Shown here: positions 14,658-28,505 of the stretch, piece after piece | Position numbering within the stretch: the first letter of the stretch is position 1 | Layout of the letters: each line of letters opens with the position of its first letter | Position numbers and translations under genes: made by a program | From: Lytechinus pictus | Taxonomy: Eukaryota | DNA length: 64,000 nucleotides | NCBI RefSeq assembly: GCF_037042905.1 | Contig: NC_087251.1 | Location: 24,182,001-24,246,000 of the forward strand | Reading direction: 5' to 3' | The notes under the pieces: model-generated | Seen by the model: the letters and a program-made list of their open reading frames with translations, nothing else | What the model was told of the DNA's origin: nothing | The model's database searches: none

Positions 14658-15641
14658 CTTATTAACCATATTCTTTACAAAATTCCAATGACTCTTTGAC
14701 ATAAATCATCCTGACTGTGTCTAGAGAAGACAACATGGTGGTATCATCCTTGCATTGCTTAGCAACCAACTTGCTATCATGTAGTGAAGGCACGAGAACC
14801 ATGCACATCTCACTGAGACTATGGACTTGTAGTCACTTACTGCTGAGACAAATACCACTATCATACTGTGAGAATCAGCAACTGTGCACCCATCTTATAT
14901 TAACTCAACAAACCGATTCCTTTCTCTTAAAAGAAGTTTGAGGGTTGATTTGTTTGTGTTTTTCAGTGGGGGGGGGGGGGGTTCTAGGTATTTCGCCTTA
15001 TTCTTCTTTCCTGAATATTTGTCACTCAAACATTTCCTTCAAATATAACATTCACAACTTCTATAGGATTATCAGTGAAAACACCCGTCTTATAACTGTA
15101 ACGTGAAAAAAAGTAGCAACTAGTCATTTCCCACCAGTCTAATTTATTGTGATCAATTGGGGTCGTGGGCAGAAGCCATTGCTGTGGCTGCATCCTTTCT
15201 CATTTCTATACATATGCATTTGTAAACTAACAAAATTAAGAGAGCATAAACGCATCATTAATTCTAAATGCTTTGAAATGAAGTCATTACAAAAAAAAAT
15301 TCCAGTTGGAGCGAGATCACAACATAAGAATACAACAATTTTCGAAACACACGGCGTATTTTGAGCTCTCCTTACAGGTAAGGGTAACACGCGTCTGGAA
15401 AAAAAAAGAAGCATAAAACATTACTCCATGAAAGTGTGATTACGATGAGAGTTTCTGCTCATTTTTTAGTTTCCGAGCATGGAAGTATAAGTGCAAGCCA
15501 AGTTCAAATGTAATCTCAGTGAAACAGATCCCTGATATACTTACATGTAGGTGATTCCAGGGAAAAAAATGACATGGGGACTCAGGGCAATTTAGCCCTT
15601 GAAATACTCAAAACAGCACTGGAAACTAAAAAAGCAGCCCA

Positions 15642-15760
15642 GGAGCGTTTCATCAACATTCTTGTCTGACAACTTTCCTTGATTCTGATTGGCCGACAGT
15701 CACTGTTACTATGGTAACTGTCGGAGTAAATCTCCGACAAGTCCTTCATGAAACGCTCCC
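15642..15760. mobile_element. Short Harbinger-like MITE; related short elements near 17930-18092, 25395-25543, 40450-40583
   Basis: ggagcgtttcat / atgaaacgctcc inverted ends with cag/ctg flanks; internal gattggc and gttac motifs shared among the copies. Confidence 0.6.
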
Positions 15761-17391
15761 CTGGAAAATCCTCAATCATTGCAATGTTGAAGCTTATCCA
15801 ATGTTGCAGATGTAGGCAGTAAGTTGTGAAAAATTAATTTTTTGCCAGGAGGATTCTACCTTTAAATATTAGAGACATGGTATGATACCAGAAGCATCAA
15901 TCTCGTTACGTGTTTATTGACCCCTGGAGAGGAGGAAGATTTTTGGCAGTCCTGTCCCCTCCTATTCTTACCCCATTCATATTCATAAAATAAACAGCTG
16001 GGAATCAGGATCATCGCAGCTCAGGTTTTGATTTCATCATTATTTGGTAATAAATGATTTTAGTGCAGGTACTGAAAAATAATAACTCACTTTGAAGTAA
16101 GTACTTGACAAGTTCTTCATGCTCACAGATTGGATTTGATATTTGTTTTATGAATATCTAGTGATACTGAAATTCACTGCAATTACTAAACTGAAGAACT
16201 TGAATTAATAACATCCAAATTTTTTCATGCTCTACAAAATAGAGCAAACCTTTGTTTCTTTTTTCAAACAAATTATTAACACTAAACATCTAGAAGGTGG
16301 TATTAACTTTTCGATATGATTTCTTGACTTTGTGTCTTCCTTGAAGAGTACAGACCTAGTTTCATACTGGTTCAATATTCTCTTGATACCAATAAAGATC
16401 AAGACGGAATGCTTACGGCCCTTTATTATCATTCCAAGACTGGGTGGAATTCTATAGTTACTTATGTTTTTCAATATCATGCATTTGAAAGATAGGAGTG
16501 GAAGAAACGCATCCTGTTTGTCTCTCATGTGCTTCATCATACGAATATCAAGTAAAATAAGATTTGGTGTAGGAAGTCGACAATAAAATTGCAAGTTTCA
16601 AATTTCTTTAGCGAGATATAATGAGTTATCAACTTACTTAACAAAGAGATAAGTCATTGATTTAACACTGAATACCAGAGGAGCTTTTTCTGGTTATATT
16701 GACATTAATACATGTTTTCTTTGTGTAATTCAAAAATTCCATTCATTCATCTACATGTAGAGTAAGTATAAGAAGCAGTTAAATATTTTCTTTTGTTCAT
16801 TACTGGGGAAATTTCCAAGGGTTTCCATCACATCTAATAACCAATTATAAGACATTGTGAACAAAATCTAACCACAAAAATAACACGATAAATGACTATT
16901 TGGGAGTTATTTCAAGGGATGTTTTATCACATTAAATCATGAAACTCGGAGGGGGACTCATGTATAATGGCAGTATGAGTATGTGCACTAGCCCTTAAGC
17001 CTACCCCCCCCCCCCCCCCCCGTGTTCACACCTTGCCAGCAGTTCCCAAGCATATCTCTTTTACCCTTTTTCATTGACCATACTGCTTTTCCTAAGCCCC
17101 TTATTTCAGGTGTCAGTTCTCACTGACCCTAATTTCATGTTATAATTCCACTTCCCAAGCACCCCCATTTGCAAAGGGCCATTTAGTTCTTAGCCCCTCA
17201 TTTTAAAGAAATTTCAGTTCTTAATGGCATAGACTATAGTTTCAGATTTCAGGGATGCACGCCCTGCCTTTTCCAAATCTGAGTGCCCCCCCCCCCTCTG
17301 CAGCCACATGTCAAATCAACATACAAAATCTAACACCAACTATATAAAAATCCATCAAAACAATTTCCTTACTTGTATTATCAGTAGTTTC

Positions 17392-17463
17392 CTAGTGGCT
17401 CTGGAGTCTTGTTCCTCGGATGATCCACCCCTTCATCTTATGAAACATTTCCACGGCTCTTGG
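17392..17463 (-). CDS. FAM120B: FAM120B-like last coding exon (PRAVEMFHKMKGWIIRGTRLQSH*)
   Basis: Acceptor ttttccatatag, phase 0 compatible with exon 3, 24 codons ending TAG. Followed by donor CAA|gtaagg at 17373/17372. Not in the ORF track; found by reading the minus strand. Confidence 0.72.
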   Translation of the reverse strand, partial: PRAVEMFHKMKGWIIRGTRLQSH

Positions 17464-18139
17464 CTATATGGAAAATAATCACATTCATGGGAAAGAAAAT
17501 TATCAAATATTTATGGAAGAATGAAAATGTTCTTTACAGTTTGAGAAGCACCTCTACATACAGATTACATAAGAGAAACAGTGGACCTCTAATGAGGAAG
17601 CTAAAGGAACTGTATTTCTTTCTTCAGCAGCTCATCAAATATTGAACATATAGAACCCTTGAACTTGACCATAAAATTTATTTTAGTATATTAATTATCA
17701 TTATCATAAGATCAACAACAAACTTTTATGCTGTGTTCAATCAGCATTATTTTGATTTTAGTGAGTTTTCATTTGTTGTAAAATAGAGCTCTACAAAACT
17801 CAAATATTAAGTGGCAAAAAGAATGGGGTTTGAAAAGGGATACTGCAGTGTCAAGCACGTTAAAATTCAATTCTACAGTACTACAAAGACCTCAATCATG
17901 ATTCAATGATAGGACTTCTTCAAGTGCAGGGGCCTGTTTTATAAAAGTTGTTACAATAACAAATTTGTTTTGGTTTTTTTTTTCAATAACAGTTTAAAGC
18001 TACTGAAATCATTCAATTTGATTGGCTGATAGTAAACTTGTTATAGAAATTGTGCATTTGATATTATAACATGTCTTTATGAAAGGAGATCCAGGTAAAA
18101 TGCACTTCTTTAATATTACAATCCAAATTTACCTTAGCT

Positions 18140-18702
18140 TACTTCAAATATCAAAACTGTCCAGAAAGAGCATGCAAGATAATATTGGGAACCAAGTATC
18201 TATCATATGACATGGCTCTAAATACCTTAAATTTGACATCACTTGAAAGTCGAAGAGTAAAACTTGAAAGTCGAAGAATAAACACAGATTTCACTTTAAA
18301 GTTAGAAATGAATCAATTGTACAAAAACTGGTTACCTCCACTGAAAACAAACGCTTTCTATTTACGACATATGAATAAATTTAAGGAGATTCCATGTAAA
18401 ACAAAAATATTTCAGAACAGTGCTCTTCCAAGTCTGACAAGATTATTAAATTAGTACCATGGTAAATAAGTTTGCAATTTGTGAAATGAATGTGCAATAT
18501 TGTATTATCTATAATTTTATTTTTATCCATTTTAACTCCATTTTTAGCTGCACATATGTAATTTTAATTTGTATATTCATTGTTAATCTTAGTTATTTTG
18601 ATTATTTTTTATATATTGGCGTTGTGTAAACATGTACAATTCAGTCTGTGACTGCCAATCATGTTTTTTTTTTGCAATAAACCTAAATTGAATTGAATTG
18701 AA
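18140..18702 (+). mobile_element. 5'-truncated non-LTR retrotransposon (CR1/L2-like) 3' end
   Basis: Degenerate peptide QKRACKIILG..Y.SYD.AL..LNLTSLESRR...IPCKT..FQNS typical of a LINE ORF2 C-terminus, then an AT-rich UTR, AATAAA and a (TTGAA)n tail. Confidence 0.75.
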
Positions 18703-19533
18703 AGTGGGAAGTGGATGCATTTGAAATAATTGGAATCAATTTGAAAAAAGTACCAAATGTTTGGTCTTTAAAGTATGAAAATTGCAAAACAAAGAAATAG
18801 CTCATATTGCAAATGATACTATGGAGTAAAGATCCAATCATATTTCATGACATGACTCACATATTCAAATTGAATATCACTAAGTGGTAGATTTGTTAAG
18901 AATTTCCTCTCTACTATTGAAGAATGAAAGTACACTTTGAGCATGTGAATTTCCTGGTAGCTTTCTTTAAAAAGATCACAAAGCCGGATATCAGTGAAAA
19001 TCGGCAGTAAAAAGAGCACTAAACATTGCCCTTTGGTCCCCTAAGTGAAGAATGAAACATAAAAATAACTCTGAGACTGTACACTTTTCCCTGTTCACAC
19101 ACAGAGAAAACAACAACAATGACAGTGATTTAATAACATGTTTATGAGTAGGTTTGATGGACCAATTCCTGACAAAGTGGTCACATTGTGTGGTTTGGCC
19201 AAATAACTTTGGATTTCATCACATAAGAACGTAAAAACTTACTATGTCCACATTTATTGAATCATTAGTTCAGTATCTTTCATTCCATGTTAAAAAAAAA
19301 TCTAAAGAAAATTGATAATCGAAATCATTATCATGATCATCACATATTTTGAGATTCCTACAGGAAAATCAGTATTTTTTTTATTTTAGGAAGTACATAA
19401 ATGATTACTATAATTTTGGATGGTCATATTTTTCAGGAATACATGGAAATATTGGCATTTGATGAAATAGGCTCCATGTATCCTACTCAAGGTCACGCAA
19501 GATTGTATAATTATTTAATTTGCTGAATATTAA

Positions 19534-20110
19534 AGGGGTGGTCCGGGCTGAAAATATTTATATCTTAATACATAGAGTAGAACTCACTGAGCAAAATACC
19601 GAAAATTTCATCAAAATCGGATAACAAATAATAAAGTTATTGAAGTTTAAAGTTTAGCAATATTTTGTGAAAACAGTCGTCATGAATATTCATTAGGTGG
19701 GCTGATGATGTCACATCTCCACTTTACGTTTTCTTATGTTATTACATCAAATCATATTTTTTTTCATTATTTCATACTTGTGTGAATAATATGTCTCCCT
19801 TACATAAGTTGCAGCAATAAATATCTAACGCACTAAATCAGTTGTCAATCCAATTTTTCTAGCTCTTGGAGGAAAAAATTTGAATAAACCTAATTTCATA
19901 TAATAAAATACAAAAGAACAAGTGGGGATGTGACATCATCAGCCCACCTAATGAATATTCATGACAACAGTTTTCACTAAATATTGCTAAACTTTAAAAT
20001 TCAATAACTTTGTTATTTGTTATCCGATTTTGATGAAATTTTCGGCATTTTGCTCAGTGAATTCTACTCTATTTATTAAGCTATAAATACTTTCAGCGCG
20101 GACCATCCCT
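19534..20110. mobile_element. Kolobok-like palindromic MITE, family B
   Basis: TTAA at 19530-19533 and 20111-20114; AGGG..CCCT termini; about 170-bp near-perfect TIRs; shares aaaatttcatcaaaatcgga with family A. Confidence 0.88.
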
Positions 20111-20651
20111 TTAAAAGAAGAAGTTTTATTTAGACCAGGAGTTTGTAATGAGACTTTACATTCCATATCGTAACACAACAAATTGTTTGAAATACTGCAT
20201 AATATCACACTTACTCCCTCTGCTCAAGGGCTATAAAAAAATCAAATCTAAAACAATAGAATTATTAATGAAATAGCGTATGTCGTTAGGTACTCTACAT
20301 GTAGTTGACCATGGCTTCGGAGACCTTTTGTGACCCTGAGAAAACGGAAGTTATTTGATGATCCTGGTAATAAAAAGCATGGGAATTCACCCGATTGTTT
20401 CCTGTAATGACTCAAGTGATATGTATGCTCAATAATACTTTGGAAACAATCATGGGAATCTGCCTTGAAACAAACAAGTTTATCAGAATATGTTAGGTAT
20501 CCATTGTTTTGTTTTGTTTTGGAGCTTGAGTTAAGGTCATGAAAAGTAGTGGCAAGCTTTAAAATAAGGTAATAAAACTAGTCCTATTCAATAAGGGATT
20601 CTCTATCTGTCCAAGTTTGCACATTTTCAAGGTTTTAACCTGACTAATTCT

Positions 20652-21213
20652 CCCGGGGGCCCAGTCAAATATATTGCTGTACACACGCGTGACCCAAAAA
20701 ACGTGTTTAAAGGGGTGTTTTTTCAGTTTTGGACGAGGGCCGCACGTGCACTCTTTAAGTGTATCAAAAACAACGATTTAAAAAAAAGTGGTTTTGAAAG
20801 ACTGGTCAATGGTCAATCGCGGGGTCAAACTTATTTAGGGTATTTTTTTTCCAAAGCTTTTTTTTAAGACTAGCCAAACGTGTTTGGGGTATGTTTTTTC
20901 CTCAAGCTTTTTCCCCGGGGTTTTTCCTCTTTGTTTCTGAAAAGTTTTGGGGTTCTTCCCGATTGTAAGCAACGATCCTGCATGGGAACAGGCCTGGGAA
21001 ACGGGAAAACAGTCGTGAAATTTGTCAAACTTGTTTAGGGGTCATATTCTGGCGACAACTTGTTTAGGGGCCAAAATGTCTAAATGAAGCCCGCAAAAAA
21101 CTTGTTTAGGGGGTTATTTTGCACACAGAGAAAAACTCGTTTAGGGGGTGTTTGGAAATAATTTGGTCACGCATGTGTACAGCAATACATTTGACTGCCC
21201 CCCCCCCCCTTGG
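20652..21213. mobile_element. CCCGGG-ended non-autonomous DNA transposon, 8-bp TSD
   Basis: TIR cagtcaaatatattgctgtacac / gtgtacagcaatacatttgactg; duplication CTAATTCT at 20644-20651 and 21214-21221; internal tgtttagggg repeats. Confidence 0.82.
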
Positions 21214-22112
21214 CTAATTCTCCTAGAGATTAATTTCAGGATTCCAGAACCCCATTTTCATTGGCCATAGTGTAGGATTCCTGCTTGAGCCCAAATCATG
21301 GTCCATGAGTATAATGGGTTTCATGTTGAATAGCATGTGATGGTATGGTACTATAAATAAGCTATCTTATAAAGAATCTCAGCGTTTCATTCTGAATGGA
21401 AATTGCTGCTTGGATAATTTGATATCTTAAGGATGTTATGATAGAAATACTTTGGTATAAATGATATATATATTTATCTTTAGAAAGCTGAAGATCTCTC
21501 CTTTCAGAATATTGATATATTCCCATACTGTCATGGTTGTTGAGGTAACAGGTTACTTGTGACTATGGCTAAATCATTAAGAAATAAATTGGTCATGGCC
21601 ATTGAGAGGATAAGTGGCAGTAGAGCTAACATGAAAGTCTACCTAACTAATGGGAATTTTCTGAAATCACACGGTCTACTATATCCCATTAGACCACTAT
21701 TTTTATTGTTGCTTGATAACTTCCTGTGTTCTGAAGATAGCCCAATAATATTTCCTTTCACAGAGGTTTAATGTTTGGATTAAAAACATGGGAGATCTAC
21801 ATTTCTCATCGTAATCATGAGAGTTAAAATCCTTTTCTCACTTTAGGATGAAATGCTATTGATAATATTTTGGGCCGAATTTAGAAGCAGAAAGCCTTCA
21901 CACATGTATCTTTTACAAGGATGTGAATAATGTAATATTTCAATTCATTAAGATGTAAATCATAAAGTCATTTTTAAATATTTTATTTAAAAATCATTAT
22001 CAAGCTTTATCATTCATGGTGGTAGTCTTCTGCATTCCTTTTATTTGTCATTTTGTTTAATGAATAAATCATTTTGTTTCAATATTATTGATCCAATGCT
22101 TATACTAAAACT

Positions 22113-22664
22113 CCCGGGGGGGCCACTTCCATTGACGAGTGGAAACCATGCGCGACCATGGGGTCTCGAAAAGCACCCTAAACACGTATTTTCCATATTC
22201 TGAAAATGCACCCCTTAACAAGGATTGGTGTGTGAAACCCTACTCTTAACAAGTATTGGAAACAAAACAATACTCTTGGCAAGTATTCCCTGAATTGACC
22301 CCCTAAACAAGTAGAACGATACTTTTATTGTTATGTGCACTGTCGTCGGTTTTACCTGATTGGGTTTAGTACAGCCCCTGCACATCTCGCGCAAAATCAT
22401 ACTCTAAACAGTGTTGACTCTTGGGGCAAAAAGTACATCCTTTATAAAACATTTTAGTCTTAATTTTTTACACCCTCGCAAATTTGACCCTAAACACGAA
22501 GCTTTCCTAGCAAAAATAGATACCTTTTTTTCATTATTTTAGTGTTTTTGACACCCTTACTACGTTACGTACGTAACGTGCCCTATCTTGAAAAAGACAT
22601 CCTTTTTACATGTTTTTTTGGTTGCGCATGGTATCCACTCGCCAATGTAAGTGGCCCCCCCGGG
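22113..22664. mobile_element. CCCGGG-ended non-autonomous DNA transposon, 8-bp TSD
   Basis: TIR cccgggggggccactt / aagtggcccccccggg; duplication CTAAAACT at 22105-22112 and 22665-22672; internal ccctaaac repeats. Confidence 0.88.
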
Positions 22665-23337
22665 CTAAAACTACATTATTAATTTGTGATGTTACATTTA
22701 TATTACCCTGCGTATGCAGAAATTAAAAGTAATCAATCTTTTTTTAAATATGGTAAAATATTCACAGGCATACACATATAAATCGATCTCTGATATTTAT
22801 GCTTGAACCCCATGATGATTTCTGATACTGGATCATAGTAGAATCAGAGATACAAAAAAGTGGTACAAAGAATTTGCAATATTCTTATTATTATTATGTA
22901 ATTGTTTAGACTGAATTTTTTAAGGAGTAGTGATAACTATATGATTATTAGCATAAATGGAGTTTTGCAGTAACACCATGTATGTTAGTCCTGAAAAGGA
23001 CTGTTGGTTTATCTTTCTGATAGTAGCTATGAAAAGAACTGTTATTCTCAATGTTTCGAGCACATAAGCTTGATAATGAAGAGGAAAGCTTATGTGCTCA
23101 AAATGTCAAGAAAACCAGTTCTTTTCAGAGCTACTATCAGAAAGATATATCAACAGTCCTTTTCAGGACTAACCTACATGGTGCTACAGCAAAACTCTCC
23201 ATCCACTCTTACAAGCATGCAAACCTTCAATGCTCACATTATTGGCATAAAGTTGATCAAAAGTGGTCTAATATTGTCTATATTCCATGAAAACATCTGT
23301 GCAAAACATCATCTAACATTCTACTCATGTATTCTGG

Positions 23338-23961
23338 CCGGGGGGGGGGGGGGGGTACTTGGATTATGATTGGACGGGGGTGTGAGGCTCGGGGCTTAAA
23401 CCCTTACCCATTTCTGAGGGTCATTTGACCGTAAACAGGTTCCCATGTCTAAGGATATTTTTTCTCAAAATACAGACCCAAACCTAAGGATTTTCTTTAA
23501 CATAGACCCATTTTGCATCAGACCGGATTTACCCGGGAATTTCATAAATTCTAGGGTAAATCCTGGGGTAAAAACATGCATCCGTTGCATGCGTGCACTA
23601 TATATGTAAGGTACTGTATACAGTCGGCCGAGTGTGCCAGATATGCATAGAGTGACGTACCCCGTTGCCCATTGCTATCATACTAAGGTGTGGAAATACT
23701 ACAGGTAGAATCTACTCGTCAGGGGGTCCCGGCTACTCGTACTCTTGACCGGGACTTAACATAGACATTTCCGGGGGCTTTTACAGGGGATTCTTATAAG
23801 TATTTGTCTTTTTTCAGAAATGGACCCATGTCTAAGGATTATTCAGCTGAAAAATAGGACCGATGTCTAAGGATGTTTTTTTGTGCAAAAATCGACCCAC
23901 TGGAGCGTCACATCTCCGAATGCAATATACACGCGTGTACCATCCCCCCCCCCCCCCCCGG
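23338..23961. mobile_element. CCGG(G)n-ended non-autonomous DNA transposon, 8-9-bp TSD
   Basis: Poly-G and poly-C termini; GTATTCTGG duplicated at 23329-23337 and 23962-23970; internal cccatgtctaagga repeats. Confidence 0.78.
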
Positions 23962-26091
23962 GTATTCTGGTGACATTTTCACAAAAATTATGCATATCAA
24001 GAGTCACAATTTATCCAACATTCAGATGAATGTGCAGGGAGCTTTTTACATCAAATGTGCGCACAGATCATCAAGCAGGAATGAATATTAAATTTATGTT
24101 TTTTTAAGCTCAAAATTCAATGAATTATTTATTCATCATACAAATATATTCAAACCTTGTGTTAAAATGAGCAACAGAGAGTTGATCAGAGGAAAATCCT
24201 GTGCACATCTCCCAAACAAAGAAAGAGAATGGAAAATAAGATAGAGAAGGGGAATACACTGTAAGGGAAGGAGAAGAAATAAAAATAAATCAAGCAAATA
24301 AAGCTGCAAAATGTAAAAGGTGAGCTTGTGACATAGTTTGGTTGCTACAGATGATATAACAAAATTTTCTTTTAAATGATATTGTCTGCTTGAAACAATT
24401 TCTCTTACGTCAGAGTTCTCATCTCACAAGTTTTATTGCACTTTTGGAGCGCTTAGTAAATAAAAAAATTCATCGTTTACTCCGGAGTGGAATCATAAAA
24501 TTGATTTACACCTGGTTCATGAAGGCATTCATCATATTCCATCAACATGGCATGAACATCTATTAATCATCATGCTAGCTTACTCTGTGCACACTTGGTT
24601 GAAGTGACAAGCTCGTAGAAGTGCCATCACAGCTTCCGACCATAATTCATGGCTCAACATGGCAATATAGCGAAATCAGAACAATGACATTGACTGCTAC
24701 ACAAACCGGCCCAACTTTCTCTTGATTGTAATAATGGATGTATTTGAAAGACATGAGAAAGACAGTGATAGAACTCAACTTGTTGGCTTTTGTGGTGTAC
24801 TGAAGTTTCAATACACCGAAATGTGATTTGTTTTCTAATCATCATTTTTTATCTATATCAATGCATATTTTCACTTGGTCTTCATCTATTCATTTTCTCA
24901 CTCATCAATCCCTATCTCCTTTTTTTCCACAAGAATAAAAGTCCAAAAGGTGTCATTTATCATCCCAACCTGCAGCTGCTATCCCACACAGAACTGAAGA
25001 TCCATGTACATAGCAACCATATTATCTCTCAACTTCTTCAGAGATCATTTATCACTATCAAACATTTTACAAATATTTCACCCAAAAAAAATAACCTTTG
25101 TATTGATCTAGTGTAAGATTATCAATACAGCAGATGCCATTCAAACTATGCTCAGAAAAAACGATTTTATTTTTCTTTTGTCACCAAACTACTTGACCCT
25201 TCTTTTTATATTAATTTCTCACTTGCTTATCTGGTAGTATTGTATAATGCTTAACCAGAGGTGATAGACCTGAAAAACAAACATGTATAACAAAGTCTAT
25301 CACACCTTTTTTATTGACTGCCATATTTCTACATATATTTGAACAACTAATTGATAACGATTTAACTGCTTAGGCAGTAACATATTCACATCTGGGGTCC
25401 ATTTCATAGTAACTGCTGTAACTTTGCCATTATGGCAACTACCATGGTAACTTTGATTTTGATTGGCTGCTGAGCCCTGTTGCCAGGGTAGTTGCCATAG
25501 TGGCAAAGTTACAACAGTTGTAACTCTTTATGAAACAGGCCCCTGTTCAAGGTGCAAAAGCACAAGACTTATTGTTCTGAATTATTTTTTTGTTGATATG
25601 AATTAATTTGTTCAAATACATTACGCACAAGAACCAACTTTTTCAAAAAATATTTCACTAAGAAAGAACAGTCTGAACAAACATTCCGTAGGACTTTAAA
25701 GAATACATTACTGACCCTGAAACTATCCAGAAAAGTTTGATCTTATTTTAGATTAGGTTAACTGTGAGACAAACCCTTTCATTTAATTCAATGTATTTGT
25801 GATAGGAATGATCTTGAATATATGAACATGATATATTGCATCTTATGTCACGCTATTTTAGCTTATATTCTGTAATGTATTACCCAATTCCTTATATTCT
25901 CAGGGTCAATGTTGAATTATACTATATACGCCCTTTTATCTTACCCCCTAAATCGTAATTGTGTTTCATTTTCGATCTGTAACTATATCTCATATGTATA
26001 TTTTGCAATCTTTTCATATCATCTATGTTTTTATGGTGAATGGAAAATACTGAAACTGAAATTGAATGGAGGAGTAACAAGAATCTTCTAC

Positions 26092-26298
26092 CTTATGTTC
26101 ACAAAGCTGCTCCAGGGTACTTCCGTCCTCTGCCGCTATGTATTTAATGTGAAAGAGTTTGCCATCAAACGTGTACCATGGCATCAGTGATTCCATACGA
26201 AATGGAAGACAACAGGTTGAGTTGGCAAAGAGACCTGTAGTTAGGCCTCTCACAAAGATGGCTGCTCGGTGAACTCCCCTGGAACTTACTCTAGGAAC
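26092..26298 (-). CDS. FAM120B: FAM120B-like coding exon 3
   Basis: Acceptor cctgcag, donor AAG|gtagaa, 207 nt, phase 0/0. Encodes RGVHRAAIFVRGL...ANSTCCLPF...PWYTFDGKLFH, the conserved FAM120 C-terminal motif. Confidence 0.92.
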
Positions 26299-27002
26299 CT
26301 GCAGGTACAATAATTAGGTTACACACCAGACATCAAATATCATTAATATCATTATTACTATTTTTCATTAATTATTATAAATATCAACATTAACATCATT
26401 CTTAATGTTCTTATTATAAAGATTGATCATATAAAGGAGAAGTGATTTTTCCTATGTCATGGTATACAGCAACTAATTTCACTGTGCCAAATTTGTTGCT
26501 AAAAGTCAAAGCTGGATAATTGATGATCCGCGAGTGAGCAAAACGAGCGACTGAAAAGTTTTGTCAAATAATAATAATAGAAAGGCATACTTTTGCCATC
26601 AAAATTGACTCTTCACCTATGAAATATGCAAGTGATTGCTCTAACTTTAGCATTCGGGCTGAAAATAGAAAAAACAACATTACATTAGGTTTTAAAATAG
26701 CGGGGTCACACCCCCCCCCTCCCCCTTGGATCATAGCTGATTATTTCAGTTTACATATTCCTTTCAAATTTGAGATATTATGTAAGGAAGGGGCCACTGA
26801 ACACCGAACTTGCGAATTTAATTCACGCCCCCTTTAACAATTCACTCCAAAGAAAAAAGAAATGCCTTATCAATTATTACAATTATTAATGCACTTTGTG
26901 AATTCATCAAGCACTTTGCAGTGAGTAAACCAGGATGGTGACACATGCTCTCTTATGCCCAGACAGTGGGTTATAAACCTTTACTTCTACCCAAAACCTA
27001 TA

Positions 27003-27774
27003 CAGTGCGTCCCACAAAAAACGAAACCGAGATTTATCGATGATTTATCATAACTTAATCACAAATACAATAGACAAATGACCTACCATTGTAAAGCTTA
27101 GAATCTCCTCTTTCATCTGATATTACTTAGATTATTTCTCATTCACGCATGAGTGAGCAAAAACAATTTGAAGAGGGGATACCAAAAAGTCATTTGGCGG
27201 GCTGTATCTGGGTTTCAAAAAGAAAACCACATTTTTAAAAAGTTCAATATCTGCTCTTTAATTTGATACCTCAATTACAGAAAATGGTCAAGAAATAACA
27301 AAGTTCTGGTTATTTGAAATAAGGCTTGAATTTCAATAATTTCATAAAATGAAGAGGTTTTACAGGCTAGCGTCCAAACTCACTCGACACTGCGTTTTGT
27401 TGACGATCAGCCATGCATTAAGTCTTTTGTTAACCATGCGATAGCTTCTGTGGGAAACCGGTGAAAACACGTTTATTTTATGAAATTATGGAAATACAAG
27501 CAATCTTTCCAGGGAACATAACTTTTTTACTTCTTGACCATTTTTTGTGATTAAGGTAATAAAAGAGCAGATATTGAACTTTTTAGGCATGTGATTTTCT
27601 TTTTGAAATTCAGATACCCCCCGCCAAATGAGTTTTTGGTATCCTTTCTTCAAATTGTTTTTGCTCACTCATGCGTGAATGAGGAATAATCTAAGTAATA
27701 TCAGATGAAAGAGGAAATTCTAAGCTTTACAATGGTAGGTCATTTGTCTATTGTATTTGTGATTAAGTTATGAT
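27003..27774. mobile_element. Tc1/mariner-like palindromic MITE, right end truncated
   Basis: Starts TA|CAGTGCGTCCCA; about 270-bp inverted arms (27047-27315 vs 27515-27774); outermost right TIR absent. Confidence 0.8.
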
Positions 27775-27817
27775 ATGATATGATATGACACTTTTGAAAA
27801 CTAATAATCTCACAAAC

Positions 27818-28098
27818 CTGCAATTGCTTCAGTGATGATGGGCTATGACCCTGGAAGCATATGGCTTGTGCTATGAAGGCATCAATATCACATGACCTTA
27901 GAGTAGACTCTGGAGCATGGAGGAGCAGAAAATGGAGGATGCAGCAGAGCAGGATGTGATGATCTGGGATGGCATCCAAGATTCCATCTTCAAAGAGCTT
28001 GGTACAGTACATGCAGGAGAAGAAGACCCGAAGGCGTAACCTTTTAACATCATCTGTGATATCATCAACGCAAAGGTCTTCTAATCTGGGATGAGGAG
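27818..28098 (-). CDS. FAM120B: FAM120B-like coding exon 2
   Basis: Acceptor ttaaccag, donor CAG|gtttgt, 281 nt (phase 1 to 0). Continues the frame: APHPRLEDLC...RLRLRVFFSCM...LLCCILHFLL...DIDAFIAQA. Confidence 0.9.
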
Positions 28099-28505
28099 CT
28101 GGTTAATGATAGGAGAAGTAATATTCAACTGCCTCTACAAGAAAAAAATCATGATTTAATTTCTATTCTCCATGAACTTGAAACATTGAGATTTCACCAG
28201 ATACATGACAAGGAGACACTAAATGAAAAAGATTATGTTAAAATAATATAGCAAAATGGTAAAGAATGACATGTAGAATTGATATTGCAATCATAAAGTG
28301 AAAACTATAGTAGAAAACCATGTGAATATAACTTCTACAATGACCAAATGGCAAAAAAAAAATTATTGGCTTATCTTTTATCAAAGACAGCCCTCTGTGT
28401 ACTTGGTATTTAGTTAGAATTTTTATTCTTTCAAAGTTGGTCATTTGTTTATTATCATTTACCGGTAAATAAAAATATATCATGAGGTTGAAGATGAGTA
28501 TTTAC

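Noticed and set aside
16232..16760. 120-aa ORF, possible decayed retroelement
   Set aside because: No motif I can confidently recognise; needs a translated repeat search.
24580..24845. Possible extra FAM120B exon (63-aa ORF; donor-like GA|gtaagc)
   Set aside because: No phase-compatible acceptor giving an open frame, and the exon at 17463 completes the protein plausibly.
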